Source of the DNA: Sedimentibacter sp.
GTDB lineage: Bacteria; Bacillota; Clostridia; Tissierellales; Sedimentibacteraceae
DNA: 56,632 nucleotides
Direction of reading: 5' to 3'
Assembly (NCBI GenBank): GCA_036720515.1
Contig: DAIMMU010000001.1
Span: forward strand, 1-56,632
The position numbers were made by a program, and so were the translations under genes. This document shows positions 9,683 to 18,901 of this stretch, piece after piece. Position 1 is the stretch's first letter, and every line of letters begins with the position of its first letter. The notes under the pieces are model-generated. The model saw nothing but the letters and a program-made list of their open reading frames with translations. It searched no databases and was not told the origin of the DNA.

Positions 9683-10333
9683 CTAAGCGTTATTTATCAA
9701 TTTAACGGCAGAACTTGTCCCTAATCTGGAACAGCCTGCGTCAATAAAAGCCTCCATATCATTTATAGTTTTTATACCTCCGGAAGCTTTAATTTTGACA
9801 TTTTTTCCAATATGCTTTTTAAATAACATAACATCTTCAATAGTTGCACCGCCTGTACCAAAGCCTGTGGAGGTCTTAATATAATCGGCACCGCCATTGG
9901 TTACGGCATGGCACATTTCAATTTTTTCTTCTTCCGTCAAATAACATGTTTCAACTATTACCTTTAAAATATGGTCCCCCGCTGTTTCTTTAATTGTCCG
10001 GATTTCATTTTCCGCATTCTTAAAGTCTTTGTTTTTAACATCAGAAATATTAATTACCATGTCTATTTCATTGGCACCATCCTTAAGGGCTTGTTTACAT
10101 TCGGCAATCTTCGCTTCAGTAGTTGAATACCCCAAGGGAAAACCAATTACAGTACAAATATTTAATTTATCCCCGTATGTATCATAGATTCTTTTTATGT
10201 AGTTGGGAGGAACACATACCGATGCTGTCTGATACTTTATTGATTCATCGCACAAAACACATATTTCTTCCCATGTTGCATATGCCTTTAATAAAGTGTG
10301 GTCAACATACTTCATCATTTCTACAGTATCCAT
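9683..10333 (-). CDS. deoC: Deoxyribose-phosphate aldolase
   Basis: VDHTLLK, TVIGFPLG, YIKTSTGF, KASGGI, RLGTSS; ATG 10333 after GGAGG. Confidence 0.95.
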   Translation of the reverse strand: MDTVEMMKYVDHTLLKAYATWEEICVLCDESIKYQTASVCVPPNYIKRIYDTYGDKLNICTVIGFPLGYSTTEAKIAECKQALKDGANEIDMVINISDVKNKDFKNAENEIRTIKETAGDHILKVIVETCYLTEEEKIEMCHAVTNGGADYIKTSTGFGTGGATIEDVMLFKKHIGKNVKIKASGGIKTINDMEAFIDAGCSRLGTSSAVKLINNA

Positions 10334-10365
10334 TACTACCTCCATTGTTCCCTCTTTATAAAATC

Positions 10366-10394
10366 AGTTTAGCACAAAATAATAAATTCGTCAA
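10366..10394 (-). promoter_or_regulatory. Putative sigma-A promoter of the deoC-ABC operon
   Basis: TTGACG-17-TAAACT with TG extension. Confidence 0.5.
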
Positions 10395-10482
10395 TTACAA
10401 CTGTTGCAAAAATAGAGACACCATGTTGGTATAACTATGGGTACAAGAAAATTTGTCAAAAATAAGTGTCGTCAACACCGTC

Positions 10483-13400
10483 TCACATTCGGACTTCTTT
10501 GCTTATTGAGAACAGGTATAAATAGCATTCCTTGACTTTTTTACCGGTGATTTTTTCTACCGCTTCTTTGTATAGCGCAATCTGGTCATTGTATTCATTT
10601 TTAAGCATATTAATTTGGGGTGTCATATCCTTTGTTTCGTCAACTCTGTCAGTTTTATAATCAATAATTACAGCTTCGTCACCTTCCATAAAATAGCAGT
10701 CAATTATACCCTGTACAAGTATTAAATCATGCTTGTTTAAGCTGCCAAGTACGTCTGCCGCCTTCTTTCTGAATACAAAAGGCGCTTCTCTGTAAACCTC
10801 CGAAGATCTGACGATTCTTTTTCCTATGCTGCTATGGAAAAAACCCTCGATTTTTTCGGCATATGTGCTTATTGCTATTTTGGCTTCCGGTTCGGTAAGC
10901 AGTTTTTTGCCCTCCATTTGCTTTATTGTATTTATTATGTTGTCTTTCTTCAAATCTCCCTTTAAATTCAGGTGCTCCATCACAAAATGAAGCAGCGTTC
11001 CTATTTCTGAACCCGTTACCTTTTTATCAAATATGAATTTGTCAGCTTCTTCATTGTACTGAAATACATCAACCAATGTTGGAATTTTATATCTTAATTT
11101 AGCAAACTCCTTGTCTTTAAGATTTTTAAGCTCTGTTACGGAAAGCTTTGTGGGTATATTCACCGAAGTCATATATGAATATTTAAAGCTTAAGCGTCTG
11201 CCTATTTCTTCATAATAAGGGCTATTTTCTCCGTTTTTAAATTTGTTCATCACGGCAATGCGGCTTTCTCTCGAATTAATTTCATCGTTTATATTTAGGC
11301 TTAAATCCCCGCGAGTTATCAATTTTAAATTCCAGCCCTTCCGCCTGCCTTTTGCCATTATTTCATTAAAATCTTCAAAATTTACCTTATCAAACAAACA
11401 GCTGCAAATCCAATCCATATATGAAATACCCTTGAAAACAAAGTATTTGGAATGACCTCTGCGCCAGTTTCGTGCCTTTTGCTCCAATTTGCTTACGGTG
11501 CCTGCCATTATGAGCTTATCAACGGCTCTTGTCATAGCAACATACAAAACTCTCATTTCCTCTGATATATTTTCTTTTTTAATTTTATTTTTGATTGCTG
11601 TTCTTGCCAAAGTTTCTTTTTCTGTTCTTTCACCGTCATTTACAAATTTTGGAGCAACGCCGTAATCTTTATGCAGCAATATTTTATTTCTTGTATCCTG
11701 CAAATTAAACTGCTTGTTAAGTCCGCACAAAATAACAACCGGAAATTCCAAACCCTTGGATTTATGAATTGACATCAGTCTTACAACATTGTCATTCTCT
11801 CCCAATGTTTTTGCCTGCCCTCTGTCATCGGAACCCTTATCGATTTTTTCAATATATCTTAAAAATTTAAACAAACCTCTCATTGACGTCTTTTCAAAGT
11901 CGTAAGCCAAATCAGCCAACATCCTTAAATTTGCCTGTCTCATCTTGCCGTTCGGAAGTGCGCCGGCAAAATTGTAATAATTCGTTTCCATCAATATATC
12001 CCAAATCAGATCATTTAAATGAGTATATCTGCTTCTGTAATTCCAGTCATAAATTTTTTCCGAGAACTTTTTTAATTTATCAATCAACTCTGATGAAAAT
12101 TCATTATCCGATGTTTCTTCGTCTGCATTGCTGTCATCTGCTTCGTTTTGAATTTCTAATAATATATATTTGTTAAGAGCTCCTATAAAATGCTTTTCTT
12201 TAGGAAATTTAAGCCTGATTTCCAATAATTCTTCCGTGGAGAAATTCCCGATGGGAGACCTCATAACGCTCAGCAGAGGTATATCCTGCCTTATATTATC
12301 AATTAATTTAAGCAAATTAACAATAATCTTTACCTCAATTACTTCATAGTAGCCCTTCCCCCCATCGTAATAAAAAGGTATATCTTCTTTATTGAGCCTG
12401 TCTTCAAAAATGCTTGCCCAATTGGAAACCGACCTTAAAAGTATTACAATATCCTTATATTCGGTTTGTCTGTTTTTCGTTTCCTCCCCTTCCGCCTTGC
12501 CCGCAACGCATATTTTTTCTTTCATAAGCTCCTTGATTTTCTGCGCAGCAAACAAAGCTTCCAATTCGGCTGTTTCCATAGATTCTATTTCCTGATCTAT
12601 TTCGCTTTTCCCATCAGTGTCATTGATTACATATTCATCTTCATCCAAGGCAGCATTTTTATCAATAATATAGAGCTCTACGGGAGTATCGACCGAAAAT
12701 TCGCTCCCTGTATTTAATGCAGCCTTCTCACCATATTCCACTTCCCCTAATTCCTTGGTCATTATATTCTTAAAAATAAAATTAGTTGCTGATAAAATTT
12801 CGTCTCTGCTTCTGAAATTTTTATTTAAATCAATTGTCCTGTCAATTACGTCGCTTCCTAAATCTTCACTGTCCGTTGTGTACGAATCATATTTACAGTT
12901 AAATATACTTGGGTCCGCAAGCCTGAATCTGTATATGCTTTGCTTAACATCGCCTACCATAAACAAATTGTTTTCTCTTTTGATTTGCTCGATGATTGCT
13001 TCCTGCAAACCGTTTGAATCCTGGTATTCATCGATAAATATATAATTAAATTTCTTCTTGTAATAATTGGCAGCCTCCGAAGGGACATATTCCTTATTTT
13101 CATTTTGTGTTCTTAATATATTTAGTGCATAATGCTCTAAATCATTGAAATCCGCTATGGACTTTTCCTTCTTTTTTTCCTTGTATTTTTTGTCTGTTTT
13201 TTCTGTTAAATTCCTTAAAGCATCCATAGAGCCATGCATTTCTCTGATTTCGCCGGCATATTCATCGTAATTCAAATCATAAGGGAGCAGTTCTTTTACA
13301 GAAGCAATAATCTCTTTGTACTTGGCTCTCATGCTGTTTTTATTTTTTGAACCGTTTACTTCAATTTGTTTTTCTATATCCACATCGGGATTGTTCTCCG

Positions 13401-14256
13401 CCTTAAAAACTGCCGCCCTCGGAGCTTTAAAATTATTTAATGCTCTCATGAATTCTTCCATATCGGAATTAAGAAGCTCTATGAGATTATTTACCAAATC
13501 CATATCCTTTTTTAAAATATCTAAATATAACAGCGGTCCATGAGGATCCTTGCATATTTCTATTGCAGTATTAATACAGCCCTTTGCACCATCCAAAAGA
13601 AGCATAATATGGCTTTTGATTTCCAAAAACCACTCGGAGTTTTTCAGCTCTTCTGCCGTAATATTCAGCCTCCCCACATTTTCCCCCAGCCATGCAAAGG
13701 GGTCGGGAAAGCTCATTATAAATTTATATGCATTTTCAATTATTTCACTTAGTTCATCGTCGCCTCTGTTGCCCGTAAATCCTTCAACCAATTTTTTAAA
13801 GTTTTCATTTTCATCAATGCTGCCGTATTCTTCCTCCAATGCTTCATCTATTGCTTCCTGCAAAAGTATGTTTAATTCGCTTCTGTCACCCACCCTGAAA
13901 TTTGGGTCAACACCTGCCAAATGAAAATTTTTCTTTACAACATCCATGCAAAAGGAGTCAATAGTGGTAATCATAGACCTGTTTAAAAGAGACAATTGCT
14001 TTCTTAAATGTTTTATATTCCCTTCTTTTTCTTGAATTGCTTTAATCAATGATTTTTGGATTTTCTGCTTCATTCCCGCGGCTGCAGCTTTAGTAAATGT
14101 AACAACCAAGAATTTATCTATGTCCTCGCCGTTTTTGATTAGTGTGATAATTCTTTCAACCATTACCGCAGTTTTACCTGAGCCTGCCGCTGCAGAAACT
14201 AATATATTGGAGTTTTTTAAATTAATTATTCTCTTTTGCTCTTTAGTCCAATCCAT
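10483..14256 (-). CDS. addA: Helicase-nuclease AddAB subunit A
   Basis: SAAAGSGKT, IDEYQD, VGDVKQSIYRFR, HKSKGLEF, YVAMTRA, C-terminal QGIIDC...IIDYKTD nuclease. Confidence 0.96.
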   Translation of the reverse strand: MDWTKEQKRIINLKNSNILVSAAAGSGKTAVMVERIITLIKNGEDIDKFLVVTFTKAAAAGMKQKIQKSLIKAIQEKEGNIKHLRKQLSLLNRSMITTIDSFCMDVVKKNFHLAGVDPNFRVGDRSELNILLQEAIDEALEEEYGSIDENENFKKLVEGFTGNRGDDELSEIIENAYKFIMSFPDPFAWLGENVGRLNITAEELKNSEWFLEIKSHIMLLLDGAKGCINTAIEICKDPHGPLLYLDILKKDMDLVNNLIELLNSDMEEFMRALNNFKAPRAAVFKAENNPDVDIEKQIEVNGSKNKNSMRAKYKEIIASVKELLPYDLNYDEYAGEIREMHGSMDALRNLTEKTDKKYKEKKKEKSIADFNDLEHYALNILRTQNENKEYVPSEAANYYKKKFNYIFIDEYQDSNGLQEAIIEQIKRENNLFMVGDVKQSIYRFRLADPSIFNCKYDSYTTDSEDLGSDVIDRTIDLNKNFRSRDEILSATNFIFKNIMTKELGEVEYGEKAALNTGSEFSVDTPVELYIIDKNAALDEDEYVINDTDGKSEIDQEIESMETAELEALFAAQKIKELMKEKICVAGKAEGEETKNRQTEYKDIVILLRSVSNWASIFEDRLNKEDIPFYYDGGKGYYEVIEVKIIVNLLKLIDNIRQDIPLLSVMRSPIGNFSTEELLEIRLKFPKEKHFIGALNKYILLEIQNEADDSNADEETSDNEFSSELIDKLKKFSEKIYDWNYRSRYTHLNDLIWDILMETNYYNFAGALPNGKMRQANLRMLADLAYDFEKTSMRGLFKFLRYIEKIDKGSDDRGQAKTLGENDNVVRLMSIHKSKGLEFPVVILCGLNKQFNLQDTRNKILLHKDYGVAPKFVNDGERTEKETLARTAIKNKIKKENISEEMRVLYVAMTRAVDKLIMAGTVSKLEQKARNWRRGHSKYFVFKGISYMDWICSCLFDKVNFEDFNEIMAKGRRKGWNLKLITRGDLSLNINDEINSRESRIAVMNKFKNGENSPYYEEIGRRLSFKYSYMTSVNIPTKLSVTELKNLKDKEFAKLRYKIPTLVDVFQYNEEADKFIFDKKVTGSEIGTLLHFVMEHLNLKGDLKKDNIINTIKQMEGKKLLTEPEAKIAISTYAEKIEGFFHSSIGKRIVRSSEVYREAPFVFRKKAADVLGSLNKHDLILVQGIIDCYFMEGDEAVIIDYKTDRVDETKDMTPQINMLKNEYNDQIALYKEAVEKITGKKVKECYLYLFSISKEVRM

Positions 14257-17200
14257 TTGCGTCCCATCCTTTTGGTGTTTTTAAAATATCATCCTTGTCC
14301 ATTTTGCTTATTAGCCGGAAATTATTGCCCAAGGACTTGTCAAACTGACAAATACCCATATATTCACAATAGGTGCAGGGTGTGGTCCCGTCAGTTTTCT
14401 TGTATGGGGAAATATCAATATTTCCTTCCAATATACTCTTTGTCATATGGATACATTTATTGTAAACATAATCGATTAAATTGTTAAACCCGTCCGAGGT
14501 CAAAGCCTTGGTTCTGTTTTCAAAAAATTCGCCGTCGTTTTTAAGAGCTGCTGGAATTATACTTGAAGTATTACCTATGTTTTTATCCATAAGCTTTACT
14601 ATTTCTTTGTCTCTTAAAACATATCCTCTAAGCTTTAAGCTTCTGAATATTTCCTCCTCGGGATCCTTTGTCTTGTTGTCATCCTTAAATATAGGGTCAT
14701 TGATATAATAGTAAAAAACACCGCCTATATCAGGTTTTTTTCCGAACAATTCCTGTCCCTTGTCGATTAAAGTTTTTAAATATATAATCAACTGAATTTG
14801 TATACCTTCCAAAGCATCATCCAAATCAATATCTTTTGGAGAAGATTTATAATCAATAATATTTATATATAATTTATCATTATTTTCAAAAATATCAACC
14901 CTGTCGATTTTACCTCTAAGCTTTAATACTTCCTTGATTTTATCCGTCTCCACAGGTATTTCAACAGGCGATAAATAAATTCCCTTTTTTGCCTTTTCGT
15001 CGGTTTTATCAACCAGGTCAATTTGAAGCTCCGTATATTTAGGTCTGAAATCACTTGCCTGCAATTGCCTTACTATTGTCCAGCAGGTTCTTTTCATTAC
15101 TCTTTTTATTTTTTCCTTCATATACTTATTTCTATAATTTGCTTCAATGGCTAACGCCTTGTCACCCAGTTCTTTTAAAACATCATCGGTTATTGATACA
15201 GCTTCCTTTTCAGCTTCATCTCTGCTTAATATATTTATATCCTTGTATTCTTCATTAATTTTATTTATAAATTTCTCCACAACCGAATGGTATATATTCC
15301 CAAGATCATAAAATTCAATTTTTTGTATTGCCCTTTGTCTTGGTTTTATTACATTTTCCAAAAAATACTTAAAACGGCATTCAGCGTAACTTTCAAGCTT
15401 TGAAACGGTCATGGTCATATTATTTTCATAAATTCTTTTTACAATATCCGTATTTAAAGAATTCATCGAATTTTTATAATTTAAAGCATTATTTATAATA
15501 TCAAAATTATATTTACCTTCTTTTTCATACCAGGCATAGACATCCTTCCAAATGTTGTCTATGTCGCAGCCATCTATAAAATTCCTCATATTTTCAACAA
15601 AATAATCGTATGTTCCGCTATAATTTGAAATTAGCTCCAATTCATCTCCTGCGCTTAAATCCGAGCCTTCCTTTACTTTAATAAAAATTTTCTTTAAGGT
15701 ATCTATGAACAATGACGGCTGTAAACTTTCTCCGGTTGATAAGCCCAGGGCATAGCTTATTGAAAATCTTTCGGCGGCACTTGAAAACAGCTTGTAAAGC
15801 ATGTGCTTTTCCTTAAAAGTGTCATAATCTGCCCCTTTGGTCAGCTTTACATTGTTCCTAAGGATAATATCCCTCTCTTCGTTTAAAAGTAATCCTTTTT
15901 CAGTATTTTTGGCATCTAAATTGCTGTCATTCCCGCCCAATATAAACAATGCCTTTGGCTTAGTTACGGCAATTTTATCGATTGCTCCCACTTCAACCTT
16001 ATCTATGGCAGGAGGAATTATGCTTACCTCAACTTCACTAAGCCCTGCCTCCAGCATTTTTCTGTAATCCTTCATGGAAATTTCCGCATCTTTTCCTACC
16101 AATAACAGCTGCTCAAAAATCTCCATCACATAATTCCAGGACTGAGAATATAGGCTTGCTTCCTCGTGCTTTTGCATGGTATTAAAGGCGTTAACAGCCT
16201 TCTCCATTTTTTCCTGTATATTATGTTTTTTCATATATTTAAATATAAGTTCCGTAATTTCATAAGCTGTTTTCAGATTATCTATTTCTTTCCTCTCAAT
16301 ATCAAAATCATCGGCAAATAATTTTCTGTATTCTTCCATGTCGGATTTTACCGATTCTTCCACGGGTTTATTTTCTTCTGTATTATCTGTATTATCTTCC
16401 TTCTCATCTATATCAAAAGGCTTAAATTCCCTAAACCATTTTTCACCTTCAATACCGTACTGCAAAGCATAATTTTCCAAACAGTTGACTTGATTAATGC
16501 TTAAGGGTGAAAATCCGGTTTTAAGGTATTCAAATACATTGTCATGCTTGAACTTCCAAATAAACATGTCAAGAATTGACAATATATACTTGCTTAAGGG
16601 ATTATTTAAAATGTCCCTTTTTACATCTAAAAAGTTAGGTATTTGATATTGAGCAAATATTCTTTTAACATTTGTTTCATAAATATCCATATTACCTGCT
16701 GCAACCTTAATATCTCTCCATCTTAATCCCTCGTCCCGAACCAATGATATTATTTTAGCTGCTGTTTTTTGAGTTTCCGTGTAAGGATTTAGAGAAGAGT
16801 AAATTAAAATTTTGTCTGTTTCATTTTCGAATTGTTCCGGATTAAGTGAAAACAAATTTTTTTCAATTGATTTTATTTCTGTTGAGGATAATTTGTTTTC
16901 GTTAACCGATATTATTTCTATATCACCGTCTAATGTTTTGTTTAATGTATCATATGTATCGTAAATGATTTTAAATGCTTCCCAGTCATCATTTTCCTCT
17001 AAGTTATCCGCATAAGTGGAGTCCATATTCAAAGAAATAGCTACCGATTTAGAATAGTCGCAAAGATTTTTGAGCAAATTCAGCCTTTGCCGGTTAAAAC
17101 TTTCAAATCCGTCAATCCATATTTTAGAATTTCTTATATATGACGATTCCTTAATAAAGGATATAAATAAATCCGTTTTGTCTTCTTCGTCAAAATACTT

Positions 17201-17710
17201 ACCGGAAGTTTTTTCGGTAAATTCAGAATAAATTAATTCAATATCAGATAATTTGCGCATTAAAAGTTCATCTTCCACATCCATGGCTGCTTTTCTCAGA
17301 GAAGCACCGTCAACTAAATTTTGCTTAAATTCGGCTATCAATTCTTCAAATTCTTTTAAAAACCCGCTTTGTTTGTATGTATTGCCGAAAATCTTAAGTT
17401 TGTCCTTATTTTTTTCAAAAATTTGTTTCAGAAGCATGATTTTCCCGAAAACGCTTATATCCTGCACCTTCAGGCCTCCCACTTCTTCCAATACTTTGTT
17501 TTCAAGTCTCTTAAAGCTTAATATTTCGACATTCATTATACCGTCCAAATTAAACCTCTCGATAATTGCACATTCAGCCTGATATGTCATGAGCTCAGGG
17601 ACGATCAGTATTAAATTTTCCTTTGTATTTGAAGCTTCATTTATGATTTCATCATAAATATATGAGGATTTGCCGGTATTGGCTCTCCCTGCAATTATTT
17701 TAACACTCAT
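14243..17710 (-). CDS. addB: Helicase-nuclease AddAB subunit B
   Basis: GRANTGKS, SKLESYAECRF, GKIDRVD..IIDYKS, PCTYCEYMGIC Fe-S cysteines; overlaps the addA start. Confidence 0.93.
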   Translation of the reverse strand: MSVKIIAGRANTGKSSYIYDEIINEASNTKENLILIVPELMTYQAECAIIERFNLDGIMNVEILSFKRLENKVLEEVGGLKVQDISVFGKIMLLKQIFEKNKDKLKIFGNTYKQSGFLKEFEELIAEFKQNLVDGASLRKAAMDVEDELLMRKLSDIELIYSEFTEKTSGKYFDEEDKTDLFISFIKESSYIRNSKIWIDGFESFNRQRLNLLKNLCDYSKSVAISLNMDSTYADNLEENDDWEAFKIIYDTYDTLNKTLDGDIEIISVNENKLSSTEIKSIEKNLFSLNPEQFENETDKILIYSSLNPYTETQKTAAKIISLVRDEGLRWRDIKVAAGNMDIYETNVKRIFAQYQIPNFLDVKRDILNNPLSKYILSILDMFIWKFKHDNVFEYLKTGFSPLSINQVNCLENYALQYGIEGEKWFREFKPFDIDEKEDNTDNTEENKPVEESVKSDMEEYRKLFADDFDIERKEIDNLKTAYEITELIFKYMKKHNIQEKMEKAVNAFNTMQKHEEASLYSQSWNYVMEIFEQLLLVGKDAEISMKDYRKMLEAGLSEVEVSIIPPAIDKVEVGAIDKIAVTKPKALFILGGNDSNLDAKNTEKGLLLNEERDIILRNNVKLTKGADYDTFKEKHMLYKLFSSAAERFSISYALGLSTGESLQPSLFIDTLKKIFIKVKEGSDLSAGDELELISNYSGTYDYFVENMRNFIDGCDIDNIWKDVYAWYEKEGKYNFDIINNALNYKNSMNSLNTDIVKRIYENNMTMTVSKLESYAECRFKYFLENVIKPRQRAIQKIEFYDLGNIYHSVVEKFINKINEEYKDINILSRDEAEKEAVSITDDVLKELGDKALAIEANYRNKYMKEKIKRVMKRTCWTIVRQLQASDFRPKYTELQIDLVDKTDEKAKKGIYLSPVEIPVETDKIKEVLKLRGKIDRVDIFENNDKLYINIIDYKSSPKDIDLDDALEGIQIQLIIYLKTLIDKGQELFGKKPDIGGVFYYYINDPIFKDDNKTKDPEEEIFRSLKLRGYVLRDKEIVKLMDKNIGNTSSIIPAALKNDGEFFENRTKALTSDGFNNLIDYVYNKCIHMTKSILEGNIDISPYKKTDGTTPCTYCEYMGICQFDKSLGNNFRLISKMDKDDILKTPKGWDANGLD

Positions 17711-17806
17711 AAAAACCACCTTTGCCATAGTAAGACTTAATATTCAATAAAAATAAAACACAGCATAGACCGCAGAAACTTCAGTCTGTCCAAAATTATT
17801 ACTTTA

Positions 17807-17835
17807 ATTATACAGGAGTTTTTTCGCTATTGCAA
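17807..17835 (-). promoter_or_regulatory. sigma-A promoter of addBA
   Basis: TTGCAA-17-TATAAT. Confidence 0.65.
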
Positions 17836-17947
17836 TAAATTAGACTGCCCAAAATAATTTGCAAATATAGAAATGTATAAACAAAGAATTTTATAGATGA
17901 ACCACTGTGCGTATCTGTTCATATATATATTGGGAGGAGGTTTAAAC

Positions 17948-18622
17948 ATGAACAGATATTGCTATAATGCCGACATAAGCATGAACGAATACAAAAAAAT
18001 ATTTAGATATAATAATATTGAAGCATTGGAGCTTTCAATCAAATATCCAAAGATTAGTTTAGCAAATACACAGGCAGAAGACCTCATAAACAATCAAATA
18101 ATGATGGAGGTCAGCCAATTTATCAGATACTCAAGATATTTATACAAACAAGCGATTAAAGGTTACCGGGAAGCACAGGCTAATGATTATCCATTTCACA
18201 GCTATAGCGCCTTCATGGAATATACTGTAACTTATAATGAAAATTGTTTCTTAAGCCTATATTTTGACAGATATCAATATACCGGAGGAGCACACGGAAA
18301 TACCGTAAGATCTTCAGATACCTGGGAGCTATGTTATGGTACTAAATTGTCCCTAAGCAGCTTTTTTAAGCCCGGAACAGATTACAGGAGCCTTTTGATT
18401 GATGAAATGATAAGACAGGCAGAAGTTATTCAGCAAAGAGAGGGCATTTATTTTGATGATTATAAGGAATTAATTATCAATAGTTTTAATGAGGACAGCT
18501 TTTATCTTTCTCCTTCGGGAATAACGATTTATTATCAACAATATGATATTGCTCCATATTCAACCGGTATAGTTGAATTTACGATTCCATATTCCATAAT
18601 TAACTGGCACCCTGACTGCTGA
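17948..18622 (+). CDS. DUF3298/DUF4163 (RsiV/PdaC-like) domain protein, no signal peptide
   Basis: YQYTGGAHGNT and YYQQYDIAPYSTGIVEFTIP motifs; ATG 17948 after GGGAGGAGG. Confidence 0.8.
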   Translation: MNRYCYNADISMNEYKKIFRYNNIEALELSIKYPKISLANTQAEDLINNQIMMEVSQFIRYSRYLYKQAIKGYREAQANDYPFHSYSAFMEYTVTYNENCFLSLYFDRYQYTGGAHGNTVRSSDTWELCYGTKLSLSSFFKPGTDYRSLLIDEMIRQAEVIQQREGIYFDDYKELIINSFNEDSFYLSPSGITIYYQQYDIAPYSTGIVEFTIPYSIINWHPDC

Positions 18623-18705
18623 GCATATGTTGTCTGACACACAAGTAAAAAAAGCGCGATTGCGGCATTGGTATCCCTTGGCGCAAAACTGATTAATATA
18701 TGAAC

Positions 18706-18741
18706 AAAAGGCTTAGATTATATAATTAAAATCTAAGCCTC
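18706..18741 (-). terminator. Terminator between the convergent DUF3298 and SLH genes
   Basis: AGGCTTAGATT/AATCTAAGCCT 11-bp stem, followed by TTTG on the minus strand. Confidence 0.7.
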
Positions 18742-18756
18742 ATATTATTGTATAAA

Positions 18757-18872
18757 CTCTAAGGTCCGTCAGAAATTCTAAGGTCAGTTCCCCGAAATTC
18801 CCCGAATTCGCGTCCCCGGAATTCTGAATTCTAAGGTCCGTCCCCAGGGTTCCCCCGGGATTCCCGGAATTC
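18757..18872. repeat. Cluster of degenerate REP-like units (AAGGTCCGTCCCC / CCCCGGAATTC)
   Basis: Cores at 18761, 18780 and 18833 plus about 5 CCCG(G/A)AATTC-like fragments in tandem. Confidence 0.8.
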
Positions 18873-18901
18873 AGCATCCGCCGATTGGTCTGCCGATTTG
18901 T

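Noticed and set aside
10345..10480. Expected purine riboswitch upstream of the nucleoside uptake operon
   Set aside because: No TATAAT..ATATGG..GTTTCTACC..CCGTAAA pattern is present
18650..18700. GGCGCAAAAC, reminiscent of the c-di-GMP-I riboswitch
   Set aside because: The GNRA-capped P2 and the P3 are missing, and there is no downstream gene on that strand
18757..18872. Possible CRISPR array
   Set aside because: The units are degenerate and irregular, with no unique spacers of constant length and no cas genes
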